The notes under the pieces are model-generated. The model did no database searches and had not been told where the DNA came from. It was given only the letters and a program-made list of their open reading frames with translations. Positions 59,858-64,000 of a stretch of DNA of 64,000 nt are shown here, one piece after another. A program made the translations under genes and the position numbers. Within the stretch, counting starts at the first letter, position 1; every line of letters begins with the position of its first letter. Origin of the DNA: a virus (taxonomy: Duplodnaviria > Caudoviricetes); the IMG/VR virus record IMGVR_UViG_3300021399_000102, positions 128,001-192,000 of that record; one strand, given 5' to 3'.

Positions 59858-59957
59858 TGTCAAAGAGCAATCTTTGTCTATGCGAACTTGTCGCACATCA
59901 AAGATCTACGTTCAAATGAACGTATTCAATTATACGCGCAATTGAACGTATTGTAAA
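59858..59957 (-). promoter_or_regulatory. internal promoter with boxA-like leader
   Basis: TTTACA-17-TATAAT, TTGCTCTTTGACA. Confidence 0.7.
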
Positions 59958-59959
59958 GT

Positions 59960-60034
59960 TGGCATCCCTGCACGGTAACGCTCCGTGGTCTGGTGGATGA
60001 AAACCACCCGATCTTACTTTTAATCTACAGGGAC
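59960..60034 (-). tRNA. tRNA-Glu(UUC)
   Basis: Loop TTTTCAT, T-loop AGCGTTA. Confidence 0.85.
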
Positions 60035-60078
60035 ATTGAAAGAGCAATGGTTGTTTGATTTGCAAACACACATTGAAA

Positions 60079-60152
60079 TGGCAGCTCTGCACGGTATCGC
60101 GCCGTGTTCTCCTGCGTGAGAGGCAGGCGATCTGCTTCTAATCTACAGAGCC
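60079..60152 (-). tRNA. tRNA-Glu(CUC)
   Basis: Loop CTCTCAC. Confidence 0.85.
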
Positions 60153-60265
60153 ATTGAAATTGAAATCCAATTAAACGACATCGCTCTTTATTTGATGTGG
60201 CAATCACTGCCACATGGCAGTTTATTTTGTTTCGGACAGAGCCTTGCCAACCTCTTAACCATCAT

Positions 60266-60353
60266 TGGGAACGATGGATGGAGTCGAACCATCATGTTTG
60301 ATTGCATAACCAAACGTCTTGAAAATTGCTTGGCAATATTCAACCAATGTTCC
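60266..60353 (-). ncRNA. tRNA-like RNA / pseudo-tRNA
   Basis: GATGG-TTCGACT-CCATC T-arm, atypical D and anticodon arms. Confidence 0.45.
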
Positions 60354-60465
60354 AAGGGGGAATCGGACCCGTTGTTGCCTATCGTCATACTTCTCACCAG
60401 AGTAAGAACATCAATCATGGAATTGCCTTAACCATCTTGCAAGTTGGATAAATGAACAAGTCATT

Positions 60466-60544
60466 TGGAGAGCGAGGTGGGAATCGAACCCACATTATCG
60501 CGGTTTTGCAGACCGCGCCCAGTGCCAATATCGAGAACTCGCCC
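60466..60544 (-). tRNA. tRNA-Cys(GCA)
   Basis: Loop CTGCAAA, U73. Confidence 0.88.
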
Positions 60545-60548
60545 AAAT

Positions 60549-60658
60549 TGACAAGCGACACCCGGTCTGGTTTGACGGGGCAGAGCTGCGCAGATTGCAC
60601 CCCTCCAGCATCTCGCCGTGCGCAATGGCGCGTTCTGATTGAACTACGTATGTGTCGC
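60549..60658 (-). ncRNA. tRNA-Arg(GCG)-like RNA with expanded T-arm
   Basis: GCGACAC/GTGTCGC stem, D-arm GTTC/GAAC, loop TTGCGCA. Confidence 0.45.
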
Positions 60659-60668
60659 AAATTATCTA

Positions 60669-61352
60669 TTAAATTATACGGCCTTTTCTCCAACCATTTG
60701 GAATTGGATTTGTTTTTAGAATGACTTTGTTCTCACCAGTTAAATCATTACAAATCCACATCTTTCCAAATTGATTGTTGTTTCTACCTTGTTTCTTTTC
60801 TGACATTTTTCTACGAGATTCGTTTGAATGATGCTTACCATACATGGGGTTTAATTCGCCCGTTTTAGGATGACTTTTGGCGTATTGTTTATTTGCCATT
60901 GAATTCTTTTTACGCCATTCTTCATATTTCTCAGGATTATTTTCTTTCAACCGTTTAGCCCACCCTTTTGATGGATATTCACCCGTTTCTTCAAAAATCC
61001 TTTTACATGTTTCAGAAAGTGGCTTAAAATTTCCACTATGATTTAATCCAGTTGTGTTCAAATAATCCCAACCACCTTGACCACCAAGTTTGATGTTATA
61101 GACATCATTACGATTCAAAAAATCTTCATTTACGAGTTCAGCTTCCTTTGCGTTCATTTCCTCTTGTGAAGAACACTCAAATAGAATCTCTCGCTTGAAA
61201 TTCTGTTCGCCATACTTCTCTATGGCGCGTTGGATTAGAATGCCCGAACCCAAATATCCATCATCCAGGTTGTCCGTTTCATGTTTGCCAATGTAGATTT
61301 TACCATTGACCAGATTAGTGGTCTTGTAAACCAAATAATGTTTCTTCTTCAT
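60669..61352 (-). CDS. GIY-YIG homing endonuclease with NUMOD3
   Basis: LVYKTTNLVNGKIYIGKH, YLGSG, YNIKLGG, NPMYGKHHS. Confidence 0.9.
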   Translation of the reverse strand: MKKKHYLVYKTTNLVNGKIYIGKHETDNLDDGYLGSGILIQRAIEKYGEQNFKREILFECSSQEEMNAKEAELVNEDFLNRNDVYNIKLGGQGGWDYLNTTGLNHSGNFKPLSETCKRIFEETGEYPSKGWAKRLKENNPEKYEEWRKKNSMANKQYAKSHPKTGELNPMYGKHHSNESRRKMSEKKQGRNNNQFGKMWICNDLTGENKVILKTNPIPNGWRKGRII

Positions 61353-61472
61353 GTTCTTTTACCTTTAGATTTACGAGGTTGTTTGCTCCAACCTCATTAC
61401 TGTTTACAATTATACTCAGATTAAGTCCCCACATCCCTGTTGGGAGCAAACCATGAAGGAGGGGGACAAATT

Positions 61473-61545
61473 CACGGTCTGGTGGAGTCGAACCACCCTC
61501 TTCGGATTTGGAGTCCGAGGCACTCTCCATGAAGACCAAGACCGT
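61473..61545 (-). tRNA. tRNA-Trp(CCA)
   Basis: Loop CTCCAAA, CCA end not encoded. Confidence 0.8.
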
Positions 61546-61552
61546 ATTGAAA

Positions 61553-61628
61553 TGGCACTCCCACTCAGATTCCAACTGAGAATACAGAGTTCGTAGCCCT
61601 GGAGTTTATGCGATTAGCTTATGGGAGC
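61553..61628 (-). tRNA. tRNA-Arg(ACG)
   Basis: Loop CTACGAA, T-loop TTGGAAT. Confidence 0.83.
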
Positions 61629-61638
61629 ATTCAAGAAA

Positions 61639-61712
61639 TGGCTGGGGATGATGGTATTGCGCCACCTCTAAAAGGTTCAGAGCCTTCTGTACCACTTTTA
61701 TACGAATCCCCA
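61639..61712 (-). tRNA. tRNA-Gln(CUG)
   Basis: Loop CTCTGAA, U1-A72. Confidence 0.85.
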
Positions 61713-61913
61713 ATTGTTAAAAGAGCTGAGCGTTTTTGCCGATGTTTGGTTATCTATTCATTGATATCCATACATTGGGGAGTGGAGGATGTACACCATC
61801 AAAGCTCGTGTACCGACCCATGAAACACACAAACCACCTGGTCTTATGGTGATTCCAGGAACCAATCAATCCCACAATATCTGAATAAGTGGAGTCAAAT
61901 CGTAAATTGAAAT

Positions 61914-62064
61914 TGGCGGCAACGTCCGATTCTCACGGCACAAACAGCTCCCTGCTGCCATGCTCATATGGTTTCCCTATCTAGAGTCAAGAAACCACGT
62001 CCCTTGTTTCGGAGCAAGGCGAATTCAATTCCTTTGACTCCTTCGTGGATTACATCATATTGCC
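61914..62064 (-). ncRNA. 151-nt CCA-ended tRNA-like RNA
   Basis: GGCAAT/GTTGCC stem plus GCCA, short T-like hairpin. Confidence 0.55.
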
Positions 62065-62069
62065 AAAAT

Positions 62070-62101
62070 TGGTGGAAGTGTCGCACAAGGGGACACGTAC
62101 C
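62070..62101 (-). ncRNA. minihelix ending in ACCA
   Basis: GTGTC/GACAC hairpin plus ACCA. Confidence 0.4.
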
Positions 62102-62106
62102 ATAAA

Positions 62107-62180
62107 TGGTGGACACGTCCGGTAACGCTCCGGAGTCTCCTCAATGCCATTGAGGTGTTCTACTATTGAACTAGCGGCCC
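62107..62180 (-). tRNA. tRNA-Ala(GGC)
   Basis: Loop ATGGCAT, G3-U70. Confidence 0.85.
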
Positions 62181-62182
62181 AT

Positions 62183-62256
62183 TGGTGGAGTCGTCGAGAA
62201 TCGAACTCGGATCTCTTGAATGCGAATCAAGCGTTCTACCACTGAACTAACGCCCC
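62183..62256 (-). tRNA. tRNA-Ala(CGC)
   Basis: Loop TTCGCAT, G3-U70. Confidence 0.9.
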
Positions 62257-62268
62257 ATTGTGAAATCT

Positions 62269-62371
62269 TGGCGTGAGAGGGAGTCGAACCCTCGTCTCGT
62301 TCATTGCCATTGAAATGTCCCGGCCGTAGAACCAATGACATTGAGTTGTTCTGCCGTTGAACTATCACCCC
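62269..62371 (-). ncRNA. tRNA with ~30-nt expanded anticodon arm
   Basis: Normal D and T arms flank the insertion. Confidence 0.6.
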
Positions 62372-62381
62372 ATCTTGAAAT

Positions 62382-62494
62382 TGGTTGGAACAACCCTACC
62401 TTCAGTATCATGAACTTTGACCCGTTTCAATCAAGAAACTGTCGGTCCAATAGGCTTGCGTTCCCAAACAGGAAATCTTCACGTCGTCATTCCA
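62382..62494 (-). ncRNA. 113-nt CCA-ended non-tRNA RNA
   Basis: TGGAATGAC/GTTGTTCCA stem plus ACCA. Confidence 0.55.
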
Positions 62495-62500
62495 AAATTA

Positions 62501-62576
62501 TGGTGGAAGAGGATGGGATCGAACCATCACCTTTGGATTTTCAGTCCATAGTACACACCAAGTATACGACCCTTCC
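62501..62576 (-). tRNA. tRNA-Phe(GAA)
   Basis: Loop CTGAAAA. Confidence 0.88.
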
Positions 62577-62586
62577 ATTATGAAAT

Positions 62587-62704
62587 TGGTGGCTGTCTTG
62601 TGGTTATCTACTCCACTGTCTCCCCAACGGGCGATGCATCAACCCATAACGTCAGGGAACCCGTTTTACGCACGGGACAAGACCAATTACTTGCGTATCA
62701 AGCC
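62587..62704 (-). ncRNA. 118-nt CCA-ended non-tRNA RNA
   Basis: GGCT/AGCC plus ACCA, GTCTTG/CAAGAC helix. Confidence 0.55.
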
Positions 62705-62712
62705 ATTGAAAC

Positions 62713-62799
62713 TGGTTGTGAGGGTTGGAATTGCACCAACGTTGTTTCTAATGTGGCGGGTTTACAGCCCGCTGCGTTCGCTACTACGCTAACCCCACA
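62713..62799 (-). tRNA. tRNA-Tyr(GUA)
   Basis: Loop CTGTAAA, long variable region. Confidence 0.85.
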
Positions 62800-62808
62800 A
62801 TAAAATCT

Positions 62809-62896
62809 TGGTTGGAGAGGTGGGACTCGAACCCACGACAGAATTACCATGCGGGTGTATCAGACCCGTGCGTTACACCAACTTCGCCACTCTCCA
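62809..62896 (-). tRNA. tRNA-Ile(GAU) with long variable arm
   Basis: Loop CTGATAC. Confidence 0.83.
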
Positions 62897-62916
62897 ATTG
62901 AAATCTCGAAATCGTT

Positions 62917-62991
62917 TGGTGTCGGATGGTGGAGTCGAACCACCTTATAACGCCGTATGAAAGCGCACCATGACCGTTCTGGCAACCCGAC
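62917..62991 (-). tRNA. tRNA with CAU anticodon (Met or Ile2)
   Basis: Loop TTCATAC. Confidence 0.85.
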
Positions 62992-62994
62992 ATT

Positions 62995-63069
62995 TGGAGC
63001 TGGAAATTGCACTCGCAGCAATGTTATCCGTCTTACGAGGACGGCGCCTGACTTCTCAGCCATTCCAGC
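62995..63069 (-). tRNA. tRNA-Thr(CGU)
   Basis: Loop CTCGTAA. Confidence 0.8.
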
Positions 63070-63206
63070 ATACTTGAAAGGTTGCTTGCATTCACATGAG
63101 TGGTTGTTGGTTTGTTCTCCAACGAGGAATCGGGAACTCATGAAGAAAGAACCATACCGAAGAACATCTTCGTGCAATGCAAGGCTTGAAATTCATCGTG
63201 AAATCT

Positions 63207-63281
63207 TGGAGCTGACGGAAGAACTCGCATCTTCGTGTTCCGTCATACCAAGACGGCACCTAACTTCTCAGTCACATCAGC
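63207..63281 (-). tRNA. tRNA-Thr(GGU)
   Basis: Loop TTGGTAT. Confidence 0.85.
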
Positions 63282-63291
63282 ATTGAATCGT

Positions 63292-63370
63292 TGGTAGGGA
63301 TGATGGGATTCGGACCCATACTGTACACGCCCTGAACGTGTCGCCTGCTGCCAAATTGGGCTACATCCCC
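63292..63370 (-). tRNA. tRNA-Leu(CAG), short variable arm
   Basis: Loop TTCAGGG. Confidence 0.83.
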
Positions 63371-63382
63371 ATTTGTCGAAGT

Positions 63383-63468
63383 TGGTCGCCAAGGAGGGAC
63401 TTGAACCCTCACGTACTTTCGTACAATAGATTTTGAGTCTATCGCGGCTGCCATTACACCACTTGGCG
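63383..63468 (-). tRNA. tRNA-Leu(CAA)
   Basis: Loop CTCAAAA, long variable arm. Confidence 0.9.
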
Positions 63469-63469
63469 C

Positions 63470-63546
63470 TGGTCCTGGTGGAGGGAGTCGAACCCACACT
63501 ACACGGAGTTTGAAACCGCCGGCTCTGCCAATTGGTCTACACCAGG
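63470..63546 (-). tRNA. tRNA-Leu(CAA), short variable arm
   Basis: Loop TTCAAAC, same layout as Leu(CAG). Confidence 0.72.
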
Positions 63547-63557
63547 ATTCTTGAAAT

Positions 63558-63650
63558 TGGTGCGGGTGAGAGGACTTGAACCTCCACGGTACTATGATTT
63601 CCCAACAGCCCCTCAAGCTGTCGCGTACTGCCAAATTTCGCCACACCCGC
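63558..63650 (-). tRNA. tRNA-Leu(GAG)
   Basis: Loop TTGAGGG. Confidence 0.9.
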
Positions 63651-63755
63651 ATTTGAAGTCGCCGGACTAACTGCTCTATAAACAAGGTTCGCAATGTCCT
63701 TGCTGGTGAAGAGACTAACACCACGTCACCACGCAATGCGTTCATCCAGTAAAAA

Positions 63756-63829
63756 TGGTACTTCCACTCGGAACTGCCCCGAGATATAGCCGGTAAGAGC
63801 GGCTGGTCTTCTAGTTGACTTATGGAAGC
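63756..63829 (-). tRNA. tRNA-Lys(CUU), non-canonical elbow
   Basis: Loop CTCTTAC, T-loop GGCAGTT. Confidence 0.8.
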
Positions 63830-63837
63830 ATTGAAGA

Positions 63838-63912
63838 TGGTACTCCGCGCGGGAGTCAAACCCGCAACCCAGGGTTTAAGAGACCCTTGCGCTATCATTG
63901 CGCCAGCGGAGC
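63838..63912 (-). tRNA. tRNA-Lys(CUU)
   Basis: Loop CTCTTAA. Confidence 0.85.
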
Positions 63913-64000
63913 ATTGAAATTATTCATCTATGAACTCTTTGGCAATCCGAATATACTTCTTTGGATTGTGGAATACATCTTTCCACTTGAGTCTCAACAA

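Noticed and set aside
63470-63546. Possible opal (UCA) suppressor or selenocysteine tRNA from the TTTCAAA loop
   Set aside because: Register alignment with the neighbouring Leu(CAG) gives stem GCGGT/TCCGT and loop TTCAAAC, i.e. CAA. There are no Sec features, and TGA is the common true stop.
54566-63898. Track ORFs overlapping the tRNA array, other than the two endonucleases
   Set aside because: They overlap tRNAs or structured RNAs and lack RBS or protein-like composition.

Overview
A 64-kb segment of a large lytic T4-like (myovirus-type) phage genome. It encodes type II topoisomerase subunits, a clamp loader, a DnaB-family helicase, a prohead protease, tail terminator and tail-tube-family proteins, four DNA methyltransferases, four free-standing endonucleases and many small early genes. 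It ends in a dense minus-strand array of 36 conventional tRNAs interleaved with many non-tRNA structured RNAs. Main results: (1) Late/structural genes use an alternative code with TAG = Gln. Fragmented ORFs join into full genes of up to 1825 aa, and internal repeats align TAG with Gln, while early genes contain no TAG and none ends in TAG. (2) There is a tandem array of 13 divergent paralogs, plus one distant copy, sharing a C-terminal motif I do not recognise. (3) The phage carries coaB plus a CoaC-M23 peptidase fusion. (4) The tRNA array holds a circularly permuted, Y-RNA-like tRNA mimic, a D-armless tRNA-Ile(UAU), several CCA-ended non-tRNA RNAs, a ~416-nt closed-stem RNA and covarying non-canonical tRNA elbows. 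All calls are by-eye motif recognition and manual folding. No database searches were run.
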